Shown: positions 55,494 to 64,000 of the stretch, one piece after another
Layout of the letters: every line of letters starts with the position of its first letter
Numbering within the stretch: the first letter of the stretch is position 1
Assembly: GCA_036769985.1 (NCBI GenBank)
Contig: DAIPKA010000011.1
Coordinates: 44,818 to 108,817, forward strand
Direction: 5' to 3'
DNA: 64,000 nucleotides
Origin: Candidatus Hydrogenedentota bacterium
GTDB taxonomy: Bacteria > Hydrogenedentota > Hydrogenedentia > Hydrogenedentales > SLHB01
Made by a program: the position numbers and the translations under genes
The notes under the pieces: model-generated
What the model saw: only the letters and a program-made list of their open reading frames with translations
Told to the model about the DNA's origin: nothing
Database searches by the model: none

Positions 55494-56261
55494 ATGCTAG
55501 CCAAACGCATCATTCCCTGCCTGGACGTAGCCGACGGCCGTGTCGTCAAAGGCGTGAATTTCCTCGGCCTGCGCGACGCCGGCGATCCCGTCGAGATCGC
55601 CAAGCGGTACGACGAGGAAGAGGCCGACGAGATCGTCTTCCTTGATATTCGTGCCTCGACGGATGCCCGCGAGACGATGCTGGATGTCGTGCGGCGCACC
55701 GCTGAGCAAGTGTTCATGCCGCTCTGTGTCGGCGGCGGTATTCGCACCATCGAGGATATCCGCCGCCTCCTGGCCGCGGGTGCCGACAAGGTCTCGATCA
55801 ACACGCCGGCCATCGAAAATCCGGATTTCGTCAATCGCGCCTCGGCGCGGTTCGGTGCGCAGTGCATCGTTGTGGCAATCGACGCCAAACGCGATGCGCA
55901 AGGTTCCTATGTCGTCCACAGTCACGGCGGGCGCGACGGTGGCCGCCCCACGCCGCTGGATCCCATCGCATGGGCGGTCGAGGTCGAGCGCCGCGGGGCC
56001 GGTGAGATCCTCCTCACCTCAATGGATCGTGATGGCACCAAAGACGGCTATGACATCGAACTGACGCGCGCCATTGCCGAGGCCGTCGGCGTTCCCGTGA
56101 TTGCCAGCGGCGGCGCCGGCACACTCGAGCATCTCCGGGCCGCTCTGCAAGAGGGGGGCGCGGACGCCGCCCTCGCCGCATCCATCTTCCACTTCCGCGA
56201 ACACACGATTCGCGAGGCGAAGGACTACCTTGCAAAGCACGGCGTGCCTGTGCGATTATAG
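55494..56261 (+). CDS. hisF: imidazole glycerol phosphate synthase cyclase subunit HisF
   Basis: [23 protein letters not shown]...LCVGGGIRT...DKVSINT...ASGGAG. Confidence 0.92.
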   Translation: MLAKRIIPCLDVADGRVVKGVNFLGLRDAGDPVEIAKRYDEEEADEIVFLDIRASTDARETMLDVVRRTAEQVFMPLCVGGGIRTIEDIRRLLAAGADKVSINTPAIENPDFVNRASARFGAQCIVVAIDAKRDAQGSYVVHSHGGRDGGRPTPLDPIAWAVEVERRGAGEILLTSMDRDGTKDGYDIELTRAIAEAVGVPVIASGGAGTLEHLRAALQEGGADAALAASIFHFREHTIREAKDYLAKHGVPVRL

Positions 56262-56504
56262 GATCTGGTGATGGCGGTTCCTCGAATAGCCGGGGAACCA
56301 ATACGAGGAGAGAGTCCCATGCACGGTTACAGCGTGAGTGCTTGCGTGTGCACGGGAAGTCCGCATCACCGCCGCTCCCGCCGATGGCCTCGCCCCAGCG
56401 CCTGCTGACGCCGGACCATCGTTTCTTCCCTGTCTCGCGCTGAATAACTTTTCTCATCAATCCGGCGTACGCCCGCTCATGATCTACGTGAAGGAGAGAT
56501 TCCC

Positions 56505-56870
56505 ATGGACCTTGAGAACCTAGTCAAATTCGACCCCAAGGGCCTTGTCTGCGCCGTGGTTCAGGACTACGCCACGGGCCATGTGCTCATGGTCGGCTAC
56601 ATGAACGTCGAAGCGCTGACGCGAACATTGCAGACTGGCAAGGCCACGTTCTGGTCGCGCTCGCGAGGCAAGCTTTGGATCAAAGGGGAAACCTCGGGCC
56701 ATTTCCTGACCGTGAAAGAGATCCGCATTGATTGCGACGGCGATGCGCTCCTGCTCCGGTGCGAGCCCATCGGCCCTACCTGCCACACCAATGAGACCAG
56801 TTGCTTCTACCGTCGAGTCGAGCCGAGCGGCGTCGTCGTTCTGGACGGCGATGGCGTGGCTACCGAATGA
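56505..56870 (+). CDS. hisI: phosphoribosyl-AMP cyclohydrolase HisI (standalone, not fused to HisE)
   Basis: LVCAVVQDYATGHVLMVGYMNVEAL...TFWSRSRGKLWIKGETSGHFLTVKEIRIDCDGDALLL...PTCHT. Confidence 0.85.
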   Translation: MDLENLVKFDPKGLVCAVVQDYATGHVLMVGYMNVEALTRTLQTGKATFWSRSRGKLWIKGETSGHFLTVKEIRIDCDGDALLLRCEPIGPTCHTNETSCFYRRVEPSGVVVLDGDGVATE

Positions 56871-56921
56871 CCGACACAACCCTAATCGCGGCCCGAAAGG
56901 CCCGACCAGCGAGGTGAGATC

Positions 56922-58433
56922 ATGCTCCATCCAAGCCTAGACGAGTTCCGAGCCTTGGCCCGGCCTCAGGCCTTGGTGCCGGTGTACCGGGAAATCCTGG
57001 CCGATCTGGAGACGCCCGTGTCGGCGTACTTGCGCATTGCACAGGGCGCCGACTATGCGTTCCTGCTCGAGAGTGTCGAACAAGCGGACACGCTCGGTCG
57101 CTATTCCTTTCTGGGCGCCAATCCAACGATTGTGTTCCGTTCGAAAGGGCGGTCCGTCTCGATCATCCGAGGAACGCAGTGCGAAACGTATGAATCCGAC
57201 GACCCGTTGGCCGAGTTGCGCGCGCTCATGGCCGACTACGACCCCGTACGCGTCGAGGGGCTACCGGCCTTCCACGGCGGTGCCGTCGGTTACATCGGCT
57301 ACGATCAGGTTCGCTTCTTCGAACAGCTTCCGGACACCAATCCCGACGAGTTGGATGCCCCCGACCTCTATTTCATGATCACGGACACCATGTTGATCTT
57401 CGACCACGTCAACAATCGCATCAAAGTGGTGTCGAATGCCCACGTTCAGAACGATGCGGACGCCGCCTACAACGAGGCGGTCCGCAAGATCGACCAACTC
57501 GAGCGCGTATTGCGCGAGCCGCTGGTCGAGGAAACACAGCGGGTCCGGTCGGGCGATGCGCAGGCCGCCATCGAGTCGAACTTCTCGCGCGAGGCCTTCT
57601 GCGAGGCCGTGATCCGAGCCAAGGAGTACATCTGCGCCGGCGACATATTCCAGGTAGTGCTCTCGCAACGGTTCAAACGGCGCGTGTATGCCAGCCCCGT
57701 CAACCTATATCGGGCATTGCGTTGTATCAATCCGTCGCCCTACATGACACTGGTCAAGTTCCCCGATCTGACCTTGGTCGGATCGAGTCCGGAAGTCATG
57801 ACCCAGGTCAAACGAATCGGCGCCGAGCCGGGTGCCGCACGCCAGTGCATGGTGCGTCCCATTGCCGGCACACGACCCCGCGGCGCCACGCCGGAGGAGG
57901 ATCTCGCCCTCGAGAAAGATCTCCTCAGCGATGAGAAGGAAATCGCCGAGCATGTGATGCTGGTCGACCTCGGCCGCAACGACGTGGGGCGCGTCAGCGC
58001 GCCCGGCACCGTGGCGCCCGTCGCGTCGCGGAACATGGTCGTCGAGCGGTACTCGCACGTCATGCACATCGTCACCGAGGTCGCCGGGCGCCTCAAGGCC
58101 AGCGAGAACGCCTACTCGGCCTTGCGGGCGACGTTTCCCATGGGCACCGTCAGCGGGGCGCCCAAGATCCGTGCCATGGAGATCATCGACGAACTCGAAC
58201 CGATCCGACGCGGACCCTACGCGGGCGGCTGCGGCTACATCAGCTTCTCGGGCGAGATGGATACGTGCATCATCATCCGCACGATGGTCATCAAGAATAA
58301 CACCGCTTACCTCCAGGCCGGCGCAGGCATTGTGTACGACTCCGACCCCGAACGCGAGTTTCAAGAGACCGTCAACAAGGCCAAGGCCCTGTTCCGGGCC
58401 GTTGAACTGGCTGAGAAAGGGCTCGAACTATGA
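56922..58433 (+). CDS. trpE: anthranilate synthase component I family (TrpE; PabB-type ADC synthase not excluded)
   Basis: Chorismate-binding domain: LSQRFKRRV..., GTRPRGATPEEDLALEKDLLSDEKEIAEHVMLVDLGRNDVGRV, PMGTVSGAPKIRAMEIIDELE, GAGIVYDSDPEREFQET. Confidence 0.75.
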   Translation: MLHPSLDEFRALARPQALVPVYREILADLETPVSAYLRIAQGADYAFLLESVEQADTLGRYSFLGANPTIVFRSKGRSVSIIRGTQCETYESDDPLAELRALMADYDPVRVEGLPAFHGGAVGYIGYDQVRFFEQLPDTNPDELDAPDLYFMITDTMLIFDHVNNRIKVVSNAHVQNDADAAYNEAVRKIDQLERVLREPLVEETQRVRSGDAQAAIESNFSREAFCEAVIRAKEYICAGDIFQVVLSQRFKRRVYASPVNLYRALRCINPSPYMTLVKFPDLTLVGSSPEVMTQVKRIGAEPGAARQCMVRPIAGTRPRGATPEEDLALEKDLLSDEKEIAEHVMLVDLGRNDVGRVSAPGTVAPVASRNMVVERYSHVMHIVTEVAGRLKASENAYSALRATFPMGTVSGAPKIRAMEIIDELEPIRRGPYAGGCGYISFSGEMDTCIIIRTMVIKNNTAYLQAGAGIVYDSDPEREFQETVNKAKALFRAVELAEKGLEL

Positions 58434-59050
58434 TCGTGCTCATCGATAACTACGATTCATTCACCTACAACCTCGTGCAGTACTTCGGCCAATGCGGGGC
58501 CGACGTGCGTGTCTTCCGGAACGACGCCATCGATGTTGTCGGCATCCGCCGGCTCGAGCCCGACCATATCGTCGTCTCGCCGGGGCCGTGCACGCCCAAG
58601 GAGGCCGGCATCTCGTGCGACGTCATCCGAGCGTTGGGTCCCCGGATCCCTACCCTCGGGGTGTGCCTTGGGCATCAATGCATCGGCGACGTCTTTGGCG
58701 GCGACGTGGTGCGGGCCGACCGCATCATGCACGGCAAAGTGAGCGCGATTCGGCACCACGGCAACGTTCTGTTTCAGGGCATCGAGTCCCCCTTTACGGC
58801 CACGCGTTACCATTCCCTGATCATCAAACGAGAGACGTGCCCGGACGTGTTGCAGATTACGGCGGAGACCGATATCGGCGAGATCATGGGCGTTGCCCAT
58901 CGCGAGTACCCGATCTGGGGCGTCCAGTTTCACCCGGAGAGTTTCCTGACGCCGTGCGGCATGCGTATCATCGAGAACTTCCTGGACGCCGCGGCCGGCC
59001 ACGCCCGAAGAGCCACTCCAACGATCAAGGCTAAAGGCCCAGATTCCTAA
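58430..59050 (+). CDS. trpG: anthranilate/ADC synthase component II, class-I glutamine amidotransferase
   Basis: MIVLIDNYDSFTYNLVQYF..., the catalytic LGVCLGHQ, and HSL..., FHPES. The ATG overlaps the trpE stop (ATGA). Confidence 0.8.
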   Translation: MIVLIDNYDSFTYNLVQYFGQCGADVRVFRNDAIDVVGIRRLEPDHIVVSPGPCTPKEAGISCDVIRALGPRIPTLGVCLGHQCIGDVFGGDVVRADRIMHGKVSAIRHHGNVLFQGIESPFTATRYHSLIIKRETCPDVLQITAETDIGEIMGVAHREYPIWGVQFHPESFLTPCGMRIIENFLDAAAGHARRATPTIKAKGPDS

Positions 59051-59142
59051 GACTTAACGCGGTACGACGTTTGACATGACGTATGGCTTGTGATAGAGTA
59101 ACTTCACGGTTCGCGGCATCTGGCCGCCGGGAGAAACACGCC

Positions 59143-59754
59143 ATCATGAGTCTGAGTAAGAAGCAGCTTCGTGTCGTCGCCGAGCTTGAGCGCCGCGTCG
59201 AGATGACGCGGGAGTTCATGAATGATTGGCTCCTGTTCAATGAGATCATGAGCGCCTATCCGCGCCAAGGCGTGAACAAGGCCCAACTGGAGAATCAGTT
59301 TCTCAAGATCAAGAGCAAGTTGGCCCGCGAGTTCCGCGTTCTGAAGGACACGCTCGGACTGGACTACACCATCGACGCGGACGCGATGAACATCGTGGCC
59401 GGGGCCACGAGTCTCGAGGCCATCTACGTGCAGTCGGACGTGGCCATCAAGAAGCTGCAAAGCGAGTGGCATCGGGCGTTTATCTCGATTAACGAGACCC
59501 TGGGAGGCATCGAGGACAAGAAGGCTCGTGCCGAAGCGGGCGAGAAGATCTTCATCACCGAAGCGGGAACAGGCGCCGTGGCCAAGAGCGGCGGCATGTC
59601 GGACAAGACGAAGAAGAACCTCATCATTATCGTCATCGTCGTCGCCATCATCGCGGCCTTGTTTGTCATCCCTTCGCCGATACGAGACATATACCTCGAT
59701 GCATTGCACGACCTGGGAATCGGGCCCGGATCGGGCAAGAACCCTATGTTGTGA
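59143..59754 (+). CDS. hypothetical protein with C-terminal transmembrane anchor
   Basis: The start was chosen at MSLSKKQLRV. The protein is charged and helical. The C-terminal TM is LIIIVIVVAIIAALFVI. No family was recognised. Confidence 0.4.
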   Translation: MMSLSKKQLRVVAELERRVEMTREFMNDWLLFNEIMSAYPRQGVNKAQLENQFLKIKSKLAREFRVLKDTLGLDYTIDADAMNIVAGATSLEAIYVQSDVAIKKLQSEWHRAFISINETLGGIEDKKARAEAGEKIFITEAGTGAVAKSGGMSDKTKKNLIIIVIVVAIIAALFVIPSPIRDIYLDALHDLGIGPGSGKNPML

Positions 59755-59834
59755 GCCGAAGATCGGGGCGCGGTGCAGACGCCCGGAGAACGAGGGGGTG
59801 CATACGAGATGTCGGGATGTGAAAGGAGACGTTC

Positions 59835-60200
59835 GTGACTAAACGAGAACTCGTCATTGATGTGGCAGAACGGCTCGGCTACACGCAGAATGAAGTGGCG
59901 AACGTCGTTCAGGCAACATTGGAGGCGATTACGGAGTCTCTCGCGCAGGGCCAACGAATCGAGATCCGCAATTTCGGCGTGTTCGAGGTGAAGGTGCGCG
60001 ATGCGCGTATCGGCAGGAATCCGCGCACCGGCGATGAAGTACCCATCTCCGAAAAGCGCGTGGCAACCTTCAAGGCCGGTAAGGCGCTCAAGGAGACCGT
60101 CGAGCAAGGCGGCGACGATATCGCTGCGTCCGACCTGCCCGAGGTTGGCCCGTCTTCGAATCCCGGGGTCTCCCCCGAGGCCGGCGTGGGTCCGTTCTAG
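59835..60200 (+). CDS. HU/IHF family nucleoid-associated DNA-binding protein (with ~30-aa C-terminal extension)
   Basis: MTKRELVIDVAERLGYTQNEVANVVQATLEAITESLAQGQRIEIRNFGVFEVKVRDARIGRNPRTGDEVPISEKRVATFKAGKALKE. The RNPRTGEEV arm is diagnostic. Confidence 0.8.
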   Translation: MTKRELVIDVAERLGYTQNEVANVVQATLEAITESLAQGQRIEIRNFGVFEVKVRDARIGRNPRTGDEVPISEKRVATFKAGKALKETVEQGGDDIAASDLPEVGPSSNPGVSPEAGVGPF

Positions 60201-60343
60201 GGAACCGGTCGTAGTGAGCCGCGGGCCGGGTTGCCTCGGCCAGTGGCCAGCATCGTGAACCACAAGTCGATGTGAGCCATCATCATCGCCAAGCCTGGCG
60301 TCCTTCAAGACCTTCTGATGGGTACATGGGTTGCCCGACGGCG

Positions 60344-61138
60344 ATGGGTGTTCTTCGGGACGCGACAGTGAGGATCTCGAAAGTGTCGGACGACGAAGCC
60401 CGTATGACCTTCACCGAGCACTTGGGTGAGTTGCGGACGCGCATCGTGCGCGCCGGCGTCGCGCTCGTGATCGGTTTCGTCGTGTGCTATGCCCTGTCAA
60501 ACCAGATCTTCGCCTACGTCCGCTGGCCGCTCCGCGCCCTCGAAGACGCCTGGGTCGCTTTGAGTCCCATCGAGCCTGTCCTCGTGAAACTCAAGATCGC
60601 CGGTTACGGCGGCGCCCTGCTCATGTCTCCTTACATCTTGTACCAAGCGTGTGCCTTCGTGTTCCCAGGCCTCACGAGAAAGGAACGCAGCGTGGTGCGC
60701 GTTCTTCTCTTCGGTGGGGCGGCCCTTTCCGTCTTAGGGGTTGCGGTGGCCTACTGGGGCATCCTTCCGTTGGTGCTCCCCTATCTCATCGAGAAGTTGA
60801 CTCCGGACGGCGTCGTCAACCAACTACGCCTCAACGAAACCCTCTCTTTCATTGTGAAGGTGCTCGCCGGTTTCGCGATTGCGTTCCAGTTCCCCATGGC
60901 CGTCCTCGTCCTTGTGTACATGGACTTGCTGACGCCGGACACGTTGAAGCGATACCGCCGGGTTGCTATTGTAGGGTTAGCGGTGGCATCTGCGGTGCTC
61001 ACGCCTCCGGATCCGGGCTCGATGATTATCATGCTGATTCCCTTGCTGCTGCTGTACGAAGGCAGCATCTGGGCCTCCTACCTGGTCGTTCGGAAGAAGA
61101 AGGCATTGCCGGATCCCGCCGACAAGCAAACCGGTTAG
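60344..61138 (+). CDS. tatC: twin-arginine translocase subunit TatC
   Basis: TFTEHLGELRTRIVRAGVALVIGFVV... shows six TM helices and a TatC-family pattern. The start is uncertain: in-frame candidates lie at 60272, 60326, 60344 and 60404. Confidence 0.85.
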   Translation: MGVLRDATVRISKVSDDEARMTFTEHLGELRTRIVRAGVALVIGFVVCYALSNQIFAYVRWPLRALEDAWVALSPIEPVLVKLKIAGYGGALLMSPYILYQACAFVFPGLTRKERSVVRVLLFGGAALSVLGVAVAYWGILPLVLPYLIEKLTPDGVVNQLRLNETLSFIVKVLAGFAIAFQFPMAVLVLVYMDLLTPDTLKRYRRVAIVGLAVASAVLTPPDPGSMIIMLIPLLLLYEGSIWASYLVVRKKKALPDPADKQTG

Positions 61139-61160
61139 ACGGAGGAAGGAAGATACCCAT

Positions 61161-61700
61161 ATGCTTGGCGTAGGCATGGGCGAGATGGTCATCATCGCCG
61201 GCGTAGCGCTTGTGGTGATCGGCCCCGAGCGGTTTCCCGAATTCGCCAAGATCGTGTTGCGCACCGTTCGCGACCTTCGCGGCTACGTGGACGAGGCCAA
61301 ACGCGACATCTCGAAGGAACTCAAGCCCGTTCAGAAGGAAATCGAGAAACTCTCGCGCTACAATCCCGAGGACTACATCGACTCGCTCACCGGTGCCGTA
61401 ACAGGCGACGACAAGAAGAGCGACGCCCAGAAGGCGGCCCATTCCGAGGCGCTCGATACGGCCACGGGAACGGATCCCTATGGTCGTGCTCAGGATGATC
61501 TCGATGGCGAGTACAAACCTTACGAGAACACCGAACCGCAGGCCACGGCTGGGGAATCGGACGCTGCGGACGAACAGACCGTATCGGCCCAGGAAGGCGC
61601 CCCCGACCCCTACTACGATACGGGCGATTCCGAGTCACACCCACGGGAAGCGGAGGAGTCCTCTTCGGAATCCGACACCCCGGAGCGACTGGACGGTTAG
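61161..61700 (+). CDS. twin-arginine translocase TatA/TatB family protein (TatB-like, long acidic C-terminal tail)
   Basis: MLGVGMGEMVIIAGVALVVIGPERFPEFAKIVLRTVRDLRGY has a TM helix, the hinge Gly-Pro, and an amphipathic helix. A ~120-aa acidic tail follows. Confidence 0.75.
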   Translation: MLGVGMGEMVIIAGVALVVIGPERFPEFAKIVLRTVRDLRGYVDEAKRDISKELKPVQKEIEKLSRYNPEDYIDSLTGAVTGDDKKSDAQKAAHSEALDTATGTDPYGRAQDDLDGEYKPYENTEPQATAGESDAADEQTVSAQEGAPDPYYDTGDSESHPREAEESSSESDTPERLDG

Positions 61701-61724
61701 GAGCCAAGCACCGCGGGCAGCTAC

Positions 61725-62954
61725 TCAGTTCGACAGCGCGTACACGTGCACCTCGAAACGCTTCCACACGTCCGTGATACCGCCATTCTCAACGGCCACC
61801 GCGCGGCCGTCTTCACTCAGTACTGTGCCGTGCTGCCACGCCCCCAGTCCCGACAACGTGGCCCTGCAGATGTTCTTGTCCGCGTTACACGTAAACACGT
61901 AGCGCTTGCCCTCGAAATCCTTCACAAGCACCTGCACACCGTCATCCACCGAATAGCCCATCTCGTGGTAATCCACCACGACCGGAGCATCGGCGGTGCG
62001 TTGGGCCAGCGGTCCGGCGAGATCGGCGACTTCGCGCGTGACGCGCTTGAGGTCCGCCCAGAACGGCGATGGTTGAGGCGTCGTGTACGTGCCCCAGTAG
62101 ATGATGCCGTTGGCGCCCTTGATCAGTGACTGAAACGCCATAAATCGGCTCTGGCCATATGTCGGATAGAGGATCTTCTCCTCGCGGCGCTCGGCCTCGT
62201 CGACAAGATTCTCCCAAGCGAATCCCTGCAAGACCATGAAAAGCGGGCGGTTCGGGCCGGTGACGCGGCGCATTTTGTCGACGTACTCCCCGACCTGACT
62301 AATCTGCTCATTGTTGAGATCGCCCTGATGCCCATCGGGAAACAGTGCATACATCTGCTTGAGCCCGCCCGGATTCACTGGGTAGATATCCATGGCCACG
62401 ATATCCGTACCCGCATTGTAGGCCTGCATCGTCTTGACGAGGTTCGTCGGGGCGTGGTTCATGTACAGCAAATGGTTGGGATCAGCCTCGCGAATCAGCG
62501 GATAGGCTTCGGCAAAGGCGTGGGCCGGAACGCGCGATTCCGCCTTCATCCAGGTCCAAGCCGGTTCGTCCACGGTCTCGATAAACGCCAGGGCCGCGTG
62601 ATCCTTGATGGCGTTCACCCGCTCGACAAGCTGTAAGGCGCTGGCCTCTCGATTGTCCAGATCGATCGTGCCGATACTGGTCCAAGTCATGAGTCCCGCG
62701 GCGAGAGCCTGATCCATTTCCTCGGACTGACTACCGGTGTGCACGAGGTTGAATCCGGCCTCTGCCAACTCCGCATAGGGGCGATCCGAAGCCGCAGCGT
62801 AGTACGAACCGATGATGAGCGTGCGCGTGCCATTGACCAGAATCATGCCGTCGTCATCGTACCGAAGAGACAAGGGGGAAGCCGAGGCAGAGACGGTTAC
62901 TCCCAGCAGCACAACCAGCGCGGCGGATGAGTAGACAGCAGCCATGGACTTCAA
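61725..62954 (-). CDS. secreted TIM-barrel glycoside-hydrolase-like protein (family not assigned)
   Basis: There is a signal peptide (MKSMAAVYSSAALVVLLGVTVSASA). An alternating beta/alpha pattern with conserved acidic residues (ETVDEP, VLQGFAWEN) suggests a GH clan A-like fold. The assignment is by pattern only. Confidence 0.4.
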   Translation of the reverse strand: MKSMAAVYSSAALVVLLGVTVSASASPLSLRYDDDGMILVNGTRTLIIGSYYAAASDRPYAELAEAGFNLVHTGSQSEEMDQALAAGLMTWTSIGTIDLDNREASALQLVERVNAIKDHAALAFIETVDEPAWTWMKAESRVPAHAFAEAYPLIREADPNHLLYMNHAPTNLVKTMQAYNAGTDIVAMDIYPVNPGGLKQMYALFPDGHQGDLNNEQISQVGEYVDKMRRVTGPNRPLFMVLQGFAWENLVDEAERREEKILYPTYGQSRFMAFQSLIKGANGIIYWGTYTTPQPSPFWADLKRVTREVADLAGPLAQRTADAPVVVDYHEMGYSVDDGVQVLVKDFEGKRYVFTCNADKNICRATLSGLGAWQHGTVLSEDGRAVAVENGGITDVWKRFEVHVYALSN

Positions 62955-62990
62955 CTCCTTTTCTGCCGACGCGCGCCTACCGGGGACGCG

Positions 62991-63530
62991 TCACTTCACC
63001 AGAGGAAGAACCTTCTTGAACTCGGGGCTTGCGGCGTCGCGCAGCAATTCGAAGATGGCCATCTCGGCCGTGACAAGTTGCGCCCCGGCGCCGGCCATCC
63101 GCGTCAGTCCCGCGCTGTGATCGCTGGGCCGCCGCGAACCCATCGCGTCCTGCACCGCAAACACGCATAGATCCCGCGCAAGCCCCTCGATCACGGTCTG
63201 CATGACGCACACGTGGGTCTCGATACCCACTACGAGTAGTTGGCGGCATCGGGACACCGTCACGGCCCGCACAAATCCGTCTTCGCCGAAACAACCGAAC
63301 GACGTCTTCTCGATGGGCGAGATGGTGCCCACCGCATCCGCCACCGGCGAAACCGTTCGCCCCAAACCGTTGGGATACTGTTCGGTCAAAATCAGGGGGA
63401 TTCGCGTGAGGTGGGCGAATCGGATCAACCGAATGGCTTCCTCGACAATTGTGTCAGCATTGAAAATCCTGGGAAGGAGCTTCTCCTGAAAATCGATGAC
63501 CACCAGGGCGGTCTCTTCTCGGTTCATCAT
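62991..63530 (-). CDS. isochorismatase-family cysteine hydrolase
   Basis: TALVVIDFQEKLL (Asp), ILTEQYPNGLG (Lys region) and LLVVGIETHVCVMQTV (catalytic Cys). Confidence 0.75.
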   Translation of the reverse strand: MMNREETALVVIDFQEKLLPRIFNADTIVEEAIRLIRFAHLTRIPLILTEQYPNGLGRTVSPVADAVGTISPIEKTSFGCFGEDGFVRAVTVSRCRQLLVVGIETHVCVMQTVIEGLARDLCVFAVQDAMGSRRPSDHSAGLTRMAGAGAQLVTAEMAIFELLRDAASPEFKKVLPLVK

Positions 63531-63641
63531 GTGCGTTGCGTCTCCGGCATCGTCATCCCTGACGCTTGAAGGGACATCTCTCGGGAAGCCCTGTCCGTTG
63601 CCACCAACGGTGCCACCGTCTTGCCCTGAACAGCGGTGCGC

Positions 63642-64000
63642 TCAATCGCGCGGCCGCGATTCCGAGCCCCCCGGCTTGCGCGTATGGCGTTGGCGCCGCT
63701 TCCGCTCGCGCAGGGCGTTGGCCTTGTAGAATAACGCGGGCTCGATGATGGGCTCATGGAGGCCCTGCGTTTCCACCTCGCCATACCGAACACGGCCCCG
63801 GTACGTTCGATTCGACAAGATGATCGCGATGGCCTGCCGCGACCACCTGTTCCCCTTGCGCGTGAGAACGCCATGGGAGTGGAGATAGTTGACGACCTTG
63901 CCCGTGCTGCGATGCCGAAGGTACTCACGGAAGATCATGCGAACCACTTCGGCCTCGCGATCATCGACCATGAGGGACTCTTCACTCTCTCCGCCACGCC
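63642..64000 (-). CDS. large serine recombinase (Recombinase domain), partial - N-terminal catalytic domain lies beyond window end
   Basis: MVDDREAEVVRMIFREYLRHRSTGKVVNYLHSHGVLTRKGNRWSRQAIAIILSNRTYRGRVRYGEV matches the PF07508 Recombinase domain of serine integrases/resolvases. The same reading frame continues to the window edge. Confidence 0.7.
   Translation of the reverse strand, partial: RGGESEESLMVDDREAEVVRMIFREYLRHRSTGKVVNYLHSHGVLTRKGNRWSRQAIAIILSNRTYRGRVRYGEVETQGLHEPIIEPALFYKANALRERKRRQRHTRKPGGSESRPRD

Noticed and set aside
1-64000. A CRISPR array, tRNA or rRNA
   Set aside because: No short regular direct-repeat array, no tRNA T-loop (GGTTCGAATCC-like) context, and no rRNA-like conserved block were seen. 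All intergenic regions other than 31636-32291 are under 250 bp.

Overview
This is a 64 kb window of high-GC (~65%) bacterial chromosome, most likely Planctomycetota. A prepilin/DUF1559 'H-X9-DG' protein and PMT/TMTC-like GT-C glycosyltransferases with C-terminal TPR arrays support that assignment. About 50 coding genes are supported, packed into operons joined by 4-bp ATGA/GTGA start-stop overlaps. No rRNA, tRNA or CRISPR was recognised.

Left third (1-19 kb), an envelope-glycosylation-like accessory region:
- A DPM1/Ppm1-like GT2 fused to a GtrA domain (polyprenol-phosphate sugar synthase).
- Two paralogous PMT/TMTC-like GT-C membrane glycosyltransferases with TPR tails.
- Four membrane-anchored SGNH/GDSL hydrolases in 8 kb.
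- An ECF-type ABC module: an S-like membrane protein with a large exo-domain, a duplicated EcfA, and EcfT truncated at the window edge. The module is translationally coupled to one GT-C gene.
- An ECF sigma/anti-sigma pair, a secreted repeat/coiled-coil protein, and an Hsp70-NBD-only ATPase.

Middle (19-40 kb):
- A PL22 oligogalacturonide lyase.
- A creatininase-GNAT-GNAT fusion.
- A zinc alcohol dehydrogenase.
- A 1147-aa hybrid sensor kinase.
- A 1383-aa GH2 hydrolase and a secreted beta-propeller-like protein.
- An unexplained ~650-bp non-coding gap.
- A glycyl-radical enzyme operon: eliminase-type GRE (Cys-x-Glu), its radical-SAM activase, a PNPOx-like protein and an amidohydrolase_2 protein. 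It is divergent from a GntR-HTH/LacI-sugar-binding regulator with a candidate operator.
- A DUF1559 pseudopilin-like protein.

Right third (40-64 kb):
- The classical hrcA-grpE-dnaK-dnaJ operon with a perfect CIRCE operator.
- A glycan-assembly operon: three GT4 genes, a WecA/MraY-family phosphotransferase, and a Wzy_C/O-antigen-ligase (PglL-like) protein with a ~450-aa C-terminal domain.
- Housekeeping genes: aroQ, pepP-like, efp, hisF, hisI, trpE/pabB-like, trpG-like, HU/IHF, tatC, tatA/B.
- A secreted glycoside-hydrolase-like protein, an isochorismatase-family hydrolase, and a partial large serine recombinase at the window edge, which may mark a mobile-element boundary.

All functional calls rest on motif- and architecture-level reading of the supplied translations. 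No database search was run.
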